DNA of 64,000 nucleotides from Octopus vulgaris (Eukaryota), in the NCBI GenBank assembly GCA_951406725.2, contig OX597819.1:66650001-66714000 (forward strand), read 5' to 3'. Positions within the stretch are counted from its first letter, which is position 1. Every line of letters starts with the position of its first letter. Below the pieces are notes generated by a model, which saw only the letters and a list, made by a program, of their open reading frames with translations, was not told where the DNA came from and made no database searches. Below, in pieces: positions 25,660 through 36,970 of this stretch. Both the position numbers and the translations under genes were made by a program.

Positions 25660-25842
25660 TGTTTGTGTGTCAGTGTTTTTCCCCTCAACATCGCTTGGCA
25701 ACAGATGCTAGTGTGTTCCGTCCCCGTGACATAGCGGTTCGGGAAAAGAGACCGAGAGAATAACTACTAGTCTTATCTCTTTGCTCGACTAAAGGCGGTG
25801 CTCCAGCATGGCCGCAGTCAAATGCCTGAAATAAATAACAGG
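25660..25842 (+). mobile_element. SINE family B, 3' half
   Basis: CATCGCTTG...GTCCCCGTGACATAGCGGTTCGG.AAAAGAGACCGA...AAGGCGGTGCTCCAGCATGGCCGCAGTCAAATG.CTGAAA. Confidence 0.8.
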
Positions 25843-26417
25843 AGTATATATGTGTGTGTGTGTGTACAGAGAGAGAGAAAGAGAAAGAGAGACAAAGAAT
25901 GAGGGAAAGAGAAAAGAAAGACGTGTACGCCTGTATATGTATAGGCATGGGTATGCCTCTCTCTCTCTCTCTATCTATCTATCTTTCTCCCTCTTTTACT
26001 TCCTTCTTCACAACAGCATACCCAAAAAATAAAATACCCACGCTCTCTCTCTCACTCCCTTTCTACCACACACAAACACACACACCTATAACCATGACGT
26101 TAATATAAACTTGCAGTTGAATGCAGAAGACTTCTTTTGAATTCAATAGAATTTCTGAAACTTGACATCTGGAAACCCATTCCAGACCTCTATATATACA
26201 ACATACATCAGAAGAGATTCCAAGATGAAATTTCACCCATTTTCTTAACAATGAATAAAATATAGCAACAACATTTTAATTTCCATGTTTTTTCTTATTC
26301 CCTAATTTTTGTCTTTCAGGTCTTAAAAATTGAATATGATCGATAAATACATCGAAACCGATAATATTTTATTAATATCACTCAATGTAACAAATATGAA
26401 ATACATTTATTTTATAG

Positions 26418-26464
<47 letters not shown>

Positions 26465-26467
<3 letters not shown>

Positions 26468-26965
26468 GTAAAATATATAGGGTAGTGAATATTTAAAAAA
26501 ATTTCACTGCCAGTGGCCTAGCATGTATAAAAGGTCAATAGACAACATATTCTCAATATAAAATAGTGTACATTTAAACAAAAGAGAAAGTACCTTTAAC
26601 ATGTAATTTTACACGCTACAAGAAGCAGTCAAATCGACCAAAACCACATTTAAATGTAATTTCGAAGAGAATAGAAAATAAAAACTTTTACCATGTTATT
26701 TTTTTACGGTTATAACTAGGTTTCAATTCTTTTTAACAAATAAACTAATTTGCTAGGAGAAATTCTCATGAGTAACCGCGTCATAACATTAACATATAAT
26801 TTTGAAATAAATAAGACGTGTCTAATCATTCTATTTTATAGTTTTTCACATTCACTGCGGAAGCGCAGTTACAGTCGGCAGTAAATGAAAAATGCTGAAC
26901 TGACTGATTGTTCTAGCGTGTAAAATTACCTGTTAAATGTAGTTTCTCTTGTGTTTAAATGTACA

Positions 26966-26967
<2 letters not shown>
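26465..26967 (-). mobile_element. HHR-containing non-coding element between (TA)n tracts, with a long internal inverted repeat
   Basis: Inverted repeat 26565-26632 / 26900-26967. Carries the family motif ATGCTAGGCCACTGG...ACCCT on the minus strand near its 3' end, and a decayed HHR. Confidence 0.7.
26707..26778 (-). ncRNA. Decayed type I hammerhead ribozyme
   Basis: Minus strand CGGTTA-CTCATGA-(stem II with TAGCAAAT/ATTTGTTA)-GAAA-CCTAGT-TA-TAACCG. Perfect 6-bp stem I, but core G5>C and a stem III mismatch. Confidence 0.65.
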
Positions 26968-27041
<74 letters not shown>

Positions 27042-27044
<3 letters not shown>

Positions 27045-27665
27045 TGCTTTGGTTTTGTGCTGAGTTTGATTTGAGAACATAATCTTTTTGTGGAGAATGG
27101 CGATTTGACGTCTATATCTAGCATGTTGACTGTCCACTTTTCGCGTTCAGTCCTTAATTGGTATATATAAATATTTTAATCTTCGGATTCTTTTTTAATA
27201 TGCTAGACCACTGGTTTTAATTGACAAATATCAATTTCTACCCTTAATTAATTTTATATAAATAAATATGTTCTCTAACCGATAAATTGACTGCTGCTAA
27301 TTATTAGCTGCATGCTGGTTTTTTCGGGTCTCAACGCGCCAAAGTAAAGGCATTTGAAAGATACATTCGAATGTAATAGGTTGAACTCCATGCACGCGAT
27401 ACTCCGGTATCGTTTTTGCATCTAGTCCAGCAAATTGCATTCATAACGGACCATGCTGATGAATGTTACAGTTATCCTTGCGGATAATAATAACCGAAAC
27501 TGATCGGTACATGGGTAATTATTTTATTTCGTATATTTTCACTTGTTTATTGCTTTGGTTTTGTGCTGAGTTTGATTTGAGAACATAATCTTTTTGTGGA
27601 GAATGGCGATTTGACGTCTATATCTAGCATGTTGACTGTCCACGTTTCGTGTTCAGTCCTTAATT

Positions 27666-27667
<2 letters not shown>
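27042..27667 (+). mobile_element. Retrozyme-like element R1: 506-nt unit as a ~1.2-mer in (TA)n
   Basis: 120-bp direct repeats 27042-27161 and 27548-27667 (2 mismatches), an internal intact HHR, no credible ORF, and (TA)n on both sides. Confidence 0.8.
27451..27514 (+). ncRNA. Type I hammerhead ribozyme, intact core
   Basis: CCATG-CTGATGA-ATGTTA...TTATCC TTGC GGATAA...TAACC-GAAA-CTGATCGG-TA-CATGG. GUA cleavage is predicted after 27509; stem III is near-palindromic. The base of stem II is imperfect. Confidence 0.82.
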
Positions 27668-27738
<71 letters not shown>

Positions 27739-29479
27739 ACATACTGAAACAGAGAAAGAGAAAGAGTGAAACTAAAAATCATCTACGTTTTACAATGCGT
27801 GAGTATTTTTCTTTTGTACCATCATTTGGTTTGAAATAAATCTAATTAGGAAAACCTGAAATATTTTTTTGCCTCAAATCCAACAAGAGCTAAAGTGAAA
27901 AACATAGCATATTGTTATGGTGGTGCACTGTCACCAGCCGTATTTTTATCTTGACCGTCTGACAAAACTCATTTCCATTTTATATGTATTTAGATGTTGC
28001 TTTCAATACAGCATGTTACTTTGTTACTTACCAATGTTTTTGCAAATTTCATATCACCTATGCAGCAATCGTGGTCATTTAATCAAGGTCAAAAATGGCC
28101 ATGGTCAATGAAGGTGTACAAGGATACATTATTCAGACATGCAGTAAACCAAAGTAAAGAGAATCTCCAATTTAAGTGACACCTAATTTTCATCAACTTG
28201 CAATCATGGTTTTAATTCTATCTGTTATCTGCACCAAATTACGATTTAATTAGGAACATTTCCCTTATTCATAGCAATGAAGCTTAAATCACCCAAATCA
28301 ATATAACTAACTACAAGTGAAATAAAAATATAAACAACAGGGATAATATATATTTTTATAATGAGAAAAACATCTTATCAAACAATCTAGTGTGTTTACT
28401 CAATTTTGAATTTTAAGAAACATCTTTCCTTGAACACTTAATTTTAACTTAACTTTGAAAAATAAAGAAGTACATTCTCCTTTTTTTTTTCTATAGTTAG
28501 AAAGAAGGAAATTCATTAATCCTGCATGGTTGGAGTTTGTTATATTTTCATTAGAAATCGCTTATCCAGTTTACGTCTACGAGAAAGCGTGTGGTTTATA
28601 CTATTCAATGATATACAATTTCGAGCAGGGCTAAATTTGTCATTTTCAATTAATAACCACTGCGATGTATAATATTTGAATAATGTTGGTCGTAGTGTAC
28701 ACAAAACAATTTAAATTTTAACATAGAAGTTTGATTGTTATAATATTTGTACGCCAAAAGTTGTTATAAAGGGCAATTCTCTGCGAGTAGAGAACATGAG
28801 TAATTGGTTTGTAATGAATGTTTAGCAAAGCATGACATTTATTACAAAGACGTTTTTCTGCTTACGCGAAAAAAAGATTTTTTGTTTAATAACTTTACTT
28901 TACAAATTGGGAGATTTAGCTCCGTGCTAAAAGTGTCTTCTTTTAGAGAAGTCACTTTCCATGCTTATGATTAAATGTGAGTGCACCTTACCATCGTTGA
29001 AACGCATTCATGCACATTCGTCATATTACCTATATTAGACTTTCAGCACTTTCTATAAAGAACTAGAAACTTCTATTCTCCATGGATGGGAAATGGTTAA
29101 AGGTATTCGAACACTAATTTCACAAAATGTGATTCTAACCAGATTGGTCCCTTATAATGAACATTATGTGATAAATTATGGGTTTATCACTTTTGCTTCC
29201 TTTACTCAATAAAGATGGTACTGCGTGTTTAATAGCACTAAAAATACATAAGCCCTAATGAACATATCAAATATGGTCTTGTCATGACCCTCATCAGTAT
29301 CGTCATTGTCATCATATTTACGTATTAATCATTTTACGCCTTTAAATTATTCCTACTTTATAAGTGCGTAATCTCATTTTGGTAACTTTATTAGTTGTAA
29401 ATTTATTGTTATTACTAATGTACAGTGAAAATAGAGGTGAACTGGCAGGAAAAAAGCAGGCACACGAGTAGTAATATCA

Positions 29480-29660
29480 ATTTCAAATTTTGGCACAGGT
29501 CCACCAATTTGAAGTGAGGGTTAAGTCGATTACATCGGTGCAAGTGCTCGAGTGGTCCCGAAAGGATGAAAAGAAAAGTCGACCTTCGCGCAATTTGATC
29601 TCATAACATAAATGCTACTGAGCTATTTGCCTTTCGTGCTAACGAGCCTGCCTGCTCCCC
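29480..29660 (-). mobile_element. SINE family A, degenerate
   Basis: AAATTTTGGCACAG...AAGTCGATTACATCG...CCCGAAAGGATGAAAAGAAAAGTCGACC. Confidence 0.65.
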
Positions 29661-29989
29661 CACCACCACTTCATAAACGATAATATTATTAATTAACTGA
29701 GTCTGAGACGGAGCAGGAGAGAAATACAGACTTTAAAGCATTATGCAGTTGAAGTTTGGATTACTAATAAGAAATAATTGTACAGAAGAACGAGGAAAAC
29801 TAAAATATATAACATTTAATAACTTGATTCCCTTCATCTACATTACCATATATATTTATCCATATATATATGTATATATGTATGTATGTATGCATGTAAT
29901 CCTTAAAAATGTTTTAGCCCGAAGGCCGCGGCCATGCTGGGGCACCATATATATATATATATATATACATATGTATGTATGTATGTATG

Positions 29990-30052
<63 letters not shown>

Positions 30053-30076
30053 ATGTGTGTGTGTGTGTGTGTGTTG

Positions 30077-30267
30077 AAGGCGGTGAGCTGGCAGAAACGT
30101 TAGCACGCCGGGTGAAATGCTTAGCGGTATATCGTCGAGGTTGACGTTGCCTTTCATCATTTCGGGGTCAACAAATTAAGTACCAGTTACGCACTGGTGT
30201 CCATGTAATCGACGAAATCGGTTTGTCCGTCCTTGTGTGTCCCCTCTAAGTTTAGTCCCTTGTGAGA

Positions 30268-30270
<3 letters not shown>
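30077..30270 (+). mobile_element. SINE family A with internal deletion
   Basis: AAGGCGGTGAGCTGGCAGAAACGTTAGCACGCCGGG...core...linker. Confidence 0.8.
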
Positions 30271-30306
<36 letters not shown>

Positions 30307-30309
<3 letters not shown>

Positions 30310-30528
30310 GCTTGGCCCAAAGTGAACTGTCAGTAAATCAAAGCCATCTAAATCCAAGATTTATTTCTGTTTAACAACTGAATGAATTTAAAGAAAGCAT
30401 CGAAATATGAAACATCATGAAAATTGTTCAAGCTGAAATCCTTCTTGTAAACATTTATAATTAGAATAAATAAATCTGTATATTACTTATTGAATATTGA
30501 CTTACTGTCGTGTGACTTTTGGCCAAAA

Positions 30529-30531
<3 letters not shown>
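30307..30531. mobile_element. Tc1/mariner-type MITE, plus an extra TIR copy at 30570-30606
   Basis: Left end CAGGCTTGGCCCAAAGTGAACTGTCAGTAAATCAA is an imperfect inverse of the right end TTGACTTACTGTCGTGTGACTTTTGGCCAAAAGTG. Embedded in (TA)n. Confidence 0.6.
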
Positions 30532-30571
<40 letters not shown>

Positions 30572-30606
30572 TTTTGGCCAAAAGTCACACGACAGTAAGT
30601 CAATAT

Positions 30607-31282
30607 GTCTTGCCCTGCCAATATACACATATATTAGAATTTTCTCTGACTTCTCAGATTTTTGTATGCTAGACTACTGGTTTTAAATTGATATTAAAAT
30701 TAATATTAATTTATCTCCCTCATTATTTAAATATTGAAATAAATATGTTCTCCAGTAGTAAGCACTAACCGCAGTGAATTATTTACTGCAGTCCTTCGCT
30801 TCAGGAATTTCTTAGCGCGCCAGAACCAAGACATTTGAAATTTTATCCCTAATGTAATCGGTAAAACTAAACACGTGTCTGTCTTGGCACAGAAAGCTGG
30901 GGTTAGTTTTTTCAGATTGCATTTACACTGAACGAATGCACTGATGAAGCCACGGACATTTGAATTATGTAAGTAATTCTTTTGTTAAAGGCCGAAACCG
31001 AGGTATGCATTTAATTCTGTTTTTTTTATATAAATGTTTCATCTGTCCTGCCCGCCAAATTTGGTTCTGGTGTTCGCTGAATTTTTCCTCTAGAGAATTT
31101 CCTTTGTAGTTTGATCGTTGATGATCTATTTCTGGCATACGGCCGACTACCTAGCAGTCTTGCCCTGCCAATATACACATATATTAGAATTTTCTCTGGC
31201 TTCTCAGATTTTTTGTATGCTTGACTACTGGTTTTAAATTGATATTAAAATTAATATTAATTTATCTCCCTCATTATTTAAA

Positions 31283-31286
<4 letters not shown>
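30607..31286 (+). mobile_element. Retrozyme-like element R2: 550-nt unit as a ~1.2-mer
   Basis: Direct repeats 30607-30735 and 31157-31286, an internal intact HHR, blocks colinear with R1, and a 3' end at (TA)n. Confidence 0.8.
30935..31011 (+). ncRNA. Type I hammerhead ribozyme, intact core
   Basis: AATGCA-CTGATGA-AGCC...GAATTAT GTAA GTAATTC...GGCC-GAAA-CC GA GG-TA-TGCATT. Perfect 6-bp stem I; GUA cleavage predicted after 31005. Confidence 0.85.
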
Positions 31287-31334
<48 letters not shown>

Positions 31335-31347
31335 CATACATACATAC

Positions 31348-31390
<43 letters not shown>

Positions 31391-31633
31391 GGGTTTAGAT
31401 CACTGGTGAGCTAAACAAAGAGGTACGTTGTGTATATGCTATAATTGGTAAGTCGTTAGGTTCCAAGTTCAAAGCTGAGCCCGGAGCTAGAGATCTGTAA
31501 TAGGATTTCGAGTTAGTAGGTATATATGAGAAGGAAAAGGACAAGAAAAACCATGGCAGGACAAATACCTTCTATCTGCCATTTTATTCTTTTATAAATT
31601 GTGAATTTTCTGTCTAGAACATTCATACATACT

Positions 31634-31934
31634 ATGTCTCTGATGACGGAATACCTAATGAATGAGTTGGCAGAATCATTAGCACGCCGGGCAAAATCCT
31701 TAGCAGTATTTCTTCTGTCTTTACGTTCTGATTTCAAATTCCGCTGAGGTCGAACTTGCTTTTCATTCCATCGGGATCGATAAATTAAGCACCAGTTACA
31801 TACTGGGGTTGATCTAATCGACTGGCCGCCTCCCCAAAACTTTCGAACCTTGTGCCTAGAGTAGAAAAGGAATGCCCGGTAAATGGAGATGCCAACCTGT
31901 TACTTGGAATATCCTAGAAACAGCTGTAAGGCAT
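31634..31934 (+). ncRNA. Type I hammerhead ribozyme split by a SINE insertion in stem II
   Basis: ATGTCT-CTGATGA-CGGAATACC...[SINE]...GGAATATCCTA-GAAA-CAGCTG-TA-AGGCAT. Stem I has 6 bp and stem III is the palindrome ACAGCTGT. Confidence 0.72.
31663..31870 (+). mobile_element. SINE family A monomer
   Basis: TGAGTTGGCAGAATCATTAGCACGCCGGG...CCTTGTGCCTAGAGTAGAAAAGG; GAATG on both sides may be a target-site duplication. Confidence 0.85.
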
Positions 31935-32057
31935 CCAATAATTAATTAATTAACTAATTAATTACTGAACTACCACGAATTCAACCTCCTCTAATTAAAC
32001 ATTCTAAGTGACTTGAGATATTCGTCCCGTCATTGTTTTCTGGTCCTTTTCCCTCTA

Positions 32058-32098
<41 letters not shown>

Positions 32099-32107
32099 TT
32101 GTGTAGT

Positions 32108-32308
32108 CTTTTACTTGTTTCAGTCATTTGACTGCGACCATACTGGAGCACCGCCTTTAGTCGAACAAATCGACCTCAAGACTTATTCTTTATAAGCCTA
32201 GTACTTATTATATTAGTCTCTTTTTGCTGAGCCGATAAGTTACAGGGACGTAAAGTCACCGAACATCGATAGTGAAGCGATGTTATGGGGACAAACATAG
32301 ACACACAA

Positions 32309-32310
<2 letters not shown>
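32108..32310 (-). mobile_element. SINE family B, 3' half
   Basis: TTTTACTTGTTTCAGTCATTTGACTGCGACCATACTGGAGCACCGCC...GGGGACAAAC. Confidence 0.8.
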
Positions 32311-32381
<71 letters not shown>

Positions 32382-34065
32382 ATTCTTTAATTGATATTAC
32401 AATTACATTGCAATGATTTTAAGATTCTACGGTTCCAATTCGTGATCAGCCTATTCCAGGTTCAATCAACAAACTATTTTATCACTCCCGTGCCTATATT
32501 TTAGTCAAGCCTATGCTCTCATAAACGGATCCCGTTATCCAATATTATATTCATGGTAAAATTTCCTTGACATTGGTGCAAAGGTTATTGATTTACATTG
32601 AGGAAATTCTAGCGATTTCCGTTCTTGCGTAAGATTTCAATGAATGGAATTGCTGTCTTGTTGACTAAATTTTGTCGTTTCTATGCGTGTGCGTATGGCT
32701 TTGGAAGATTATGGTTCATAAAGTAATAATGGGCTTATGTCTATTTACGGTTCAATAAAAGTACATTGGGATGAATTCTCTCTTATTTTTCTTATTTCTT
32801 GTCCTTTAACTGTTTCTTTGTCTTTCTCTTTCTCGCCTCCTCTATATACACGCTGACATATAGGCATACATATATATATATACACATTAATACTTACATA
32901 TCCACCACTCACATAGATGTATCTATATATATGTGTGTGCGTGTATCATTACACACACATATATTCCTGACTTCTGTTTATTTCTCACCTATAATGGAAT
33001 TTAATTTTCAAGTGCTGAAATGTAAAAATAACACTCGATACGAAAATTGGAACCTTTTAATATTTTGACAGTTAAGAATTCGCAAGAATGCTTCGAGATG
33101 TCTTCTTCAGCTGATGCTAATTGTGATAATAATTGTCTTCAAGCGGATGACTATTATTATGAACAATATGGTATCGGTGCTGCAGAAAGAGATGCTGGTG
33201 AATTCCAATGTTCTGCTAGTTCTTCTTGTTACTATTTTCCCGTCGTTTCTTTTGTTGATTTCTTATGTTATTTCTCGTTGTTGCTGTCACTGTCGAACGT
33301 ATTTGTTTTCTGTTTGTTTTTTGTAGCTGTCGCCTTTTTCATTGCTCTAGTATCAGTAGCTTTCTTTATTGTTATTGTTGTAGTAGTTTGCGCAGTATTT
33401 TGGTGTTGGCTGTTGGTGGTGTTGCTGCTGATATAATTTTTGTTAGTGGCGTTCAGACTCAAAACGTCTCATAAAAGCATTGTTCTAGAAATCTCAAAGA
33501 TCACAACAAGACGAGTGGGCGCAGCTGTTACGACGCTGACGATCTGAACCGGCTGGATGTACAATCAAGCTGATTTAGCGACGGTATTTATCGGCGCAGG
33601 AGACAAATGCATAGATACACAAATTCTCTATCTCCGTCTCCCCTATCTCTCTCTCCTACACACACTCACACGCACACATACACACACTAACATACGCAAA
33701 CATACATGTACTTGCGCGTACAGTGGCAAAGAATAAGTGAACGAAAGAAACAGAGAGAGAGAGGAAAAGGACGAGAGAGAGAAAGAGCGAGAGTTTGGTT
33801 TAAAAGTTTGGCACAAGGCCAGTAATTTCGAGGCATGGTTGCTAGAATCAACTATTTTGAAATTAGTGCTGAACGGGTGTTTATTTTATCGACTCCGAAA
33901 GGATGAAAAGCAAACACGACTTCGGTGGAACTTGAAATCAGAAGGTACAGACAGACAAAATGCCGTTAAGTGTTTTACCCGGCGTCAGATCTCTGCGTTA
34001 TAAGAGCAGAGAAATATTACAATTTAATAAATGAACTGGAATATTATATATACTTCCACTTCCCT

Positions 34066-34109
<44 letters not shown>

Positions 34110-34849
34110 CAGATGCGTAAGAAAACAAGAGAAACATCTAAAAGTCTGATGTCAAATTAGTCAGCGTGTAAACATCAATTCCAGATAAATGGCTACAAAT
34201 ATCTGTACGATACTTCATACGTGTCGAAGATGATTATCATCATCATAAAAAATTCTTTCACTTTTAATAGCTTTCGAGCCCTAGGTAAACCTTGTTGTAT
34301 ATTTAATACATTATCATACCAAGCCTCCTTATTTGTGTTGTGAGATTATGATTTGGACAAGTAAAATCGTTTGCTATTTCATACTTGTGCGGTACAAATT
34401 GAAAATATCTGTGTGGCCCATAGATGTTCATAATGGCATTGGAACAGTTATGAATGTAAATCACCAATGCTCAGTTAATTTCCAAGGCCCAAATCTTAGC
34501 CGAAGAAGGCAAGTCGATTACGTTGACCCACGTGCTTAATTGCTACGTATTTTAACGAATCGAAGGAATCGGAGGTAAAATCGACCTCGGCGGATTTAGA
34601 AATCAAGCGTAACGATGGAGGACATGCAGCTAAGCATTTTGTTCGGCACACAAACGATTTTGCGAGTACAGCGTCTTAATATCAGAGTCGACATCGTCGT
34701 ATCATGGTTGCCTGTTTAATTATAAAAAATAGCCGACATCATTGTAAACGCTGCCGTCGTCGTCTTCATCATAATTATCACCATCGTCTTCGCCAATATT
34801 ATCATCGACCTTGTCGTCATAATTATCGTGGCCGTCGTCATGAAGAGTA

Positions 34850-34926
34850 TACATGATGACGGTGATGATGATCACGAGCAAGGTAAGAATGATGATTAGA
34901 AATGAGGCTCCTGAAGAGGATGACGG

Positions 34927-34978
<52 letters not shown>

Positions 34979-35485
34979 GATGACGATGATGATGACGATG
35001 ATGATGATGGCGATGATGAGGACGATGTTGATGATGATGATGTCGATAATGATGATGATGATGATAATGAAGATGATGCTGCTGCTGCTGATGATGATGG
35101 TGGTTATGACAAGGATAATGACGATGATGGTGATGACGATGGGGGCGATGATGATGATGACGACGACGATGATGATGATAATGACAATGATGAGGACGAT
35201 GATGATGGTGATGATGATGATGATGATGATGATAACGATTATAACGATGATAACAATCTGAATCATGATCATGACGACGCCGTCGAAGACGAGAACAACT
35301 ATGTTAGCGATGACAACAGCAACGGCAACGGGCATGACGATTGTTGCGATAACGTTGATAGATGAAGACGACAACGATGACAATGGTGATGACAAGGATG
35401 ATAATGCCGATGACGACGGCGACGACTATGACACTGATGAAGATGACAACATTGTTGCTGTCTCTGCTGATAATAACGATGATTT
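34850..35485. repeat. Degenerate (GAT/GAC)n trinucleotide tract
   Basis: More than 600 bp of GAT/GAC/GGT triplets, with open frames on both strands. Confidence 0.85.
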
Positions 35486-36599
35486 TTCGTATTTACTCAC
35501 CAGAAGCTATTCACGCGTTTTACATTCTCCATCTTTATTTTCTTTAATATCCGTTTCGTTTTGTATTTTCGCTTAAATGTGCTTTATTCGTTATTTTAAT
35601 GTTTTAAATTGTTATCTTTCCTATATTTACATACTCGTTTATATTGTTTGCTTTTTTTGTTAAATTTTAGATTATTTCTTATTGTATATGTTTTGTTGTG
35701 TTTCCCTTAATCTGACATTTTAAATGATTCCATAGAAATGTGAAGCAACGAACATGTAAATAAGTAAATAAATAAAATAAATGTTAAAATAAAATAAAAC
35801 AAACAAAATAAATTGTTGATTTCTATCAGTTGCTACAATTTGCAGAGGGCGGGTAAGAGAAACATGGCTATAGGCGAAACAAAGGAAGTTGACCAAACAT
35901 ACGCACGCACACGCACACGTACACGCACACGCACACATAATACGCACTGGCACAATTACACACACGCTCTCACTCACAGACATATACACATACATACACA
36001 TATGCATTGACTTTTTCTTATTTTTTGTTGATTTTATTTCCCCTCATCCCCCCCCCAGCAGCCATTGTATAATCATTTACATTTACATTCATTTCTGAAA
36101 TACTTTTATCGTGTACTGAATATGCCAAGTCAACTGCTCCTGCTGCTGCGGCTGCTACTACTTCTATTACTACTACTGCTACCAAAACCACCACCACTAC
36201 TACCACCACCACCACTAATATTTCTACAACTACTACTACCACTACCACAACTTCTACTACTACTACCACCACCACCACTACTACTTCTACCACTACTACT
36301 ACCACCCCCACCTATACTACAACAACTACTACTACTACTACTACTACCACCCACTACTACTACCACCACCACCCACTACTACTACCACCATCACCACCAC
36401 CCCTACTACCATTGCTACTGCTACTGTTGCCGCTACCGCTACTGATCCTGCCTTTATACCAATAATAAAATTGTTGCTGGCACTAACTTCTAGACAAAGA
36501 AACAATGCAGGCTCTCCACTATTTACAGCTCTTTGCAGGCTGACTTCCTGCACATTTCCCCGTGGAAACGCATACGAATTGTGAACTTGCGTCAGGACA

Positions 36600-36970
36600 C
36601 ATGTGGTATGAAGATGTACGTAAAGACGTAACTGAGAATGGCGAGGTTAAACATCCTTGAGACTGTCCTGTCCAACCGAATCATGGTATAAAGTATAACG
36701 AAGCAGATATCTTGGGCGTTTGAGATGAAGAAAGTGACTGCCTACACACATGATGTAGATTGTCAAATTGATAGAAGAATAAATGTTAAAGGAATCAACA
36801 AGGCAGATGCGTAGCAGGACCTAGAGAGAGAGATAAGCATATTTTCGGGTTGCAATGAAAGTAGTAATAACAATTTTTGTTGGAGCCTTCGGAACAACAG
36901 AAAAGGGGCTGAAAATGAGGACAGAAAAATTGGCTGCGAGGAATGATGAAAAATCATTCGGAAGTTCTTG
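36600..36970 (+). pseudogene. Old RLE endonuclease remnant of a non-LTR retrotransposon
   Basis: Fragmentary translation HGIKYNEADIL...NKADA*QDLEREI...VITIFVGAFGT parallels NRPDIV...KYKDLEIEV...IPIIVGALG of the 2951 ORF. Confidence 0.5.

Larger units (their letters stand above)
31385..32060 (+). mobile_element. HHR-containing non-coding element with inverted repeat, interrupted by a SINE
   Basis: TAGATCACTGG motif at about 31394, inverted repeat 31528-31570 / 32016-32055, and a split HHR. Confidence 0.6.

Noticed and set aside
33047-33436. 129-aa ORF with a hydrophobic C-terminus (membrane-protein-like)
   Set aside because: The hydrophobicity derives from TTG/GTT-rich low complexity, the start codon is non-ATG, and no family motif is present.
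34853-35365. 170-aa Asp-rich ORF resembling acidic biomineralisation proteins
   Set aside because: It is a degenerate (GAT)n tract open in several frames and on both strands, with no signal peptide or unique domain.
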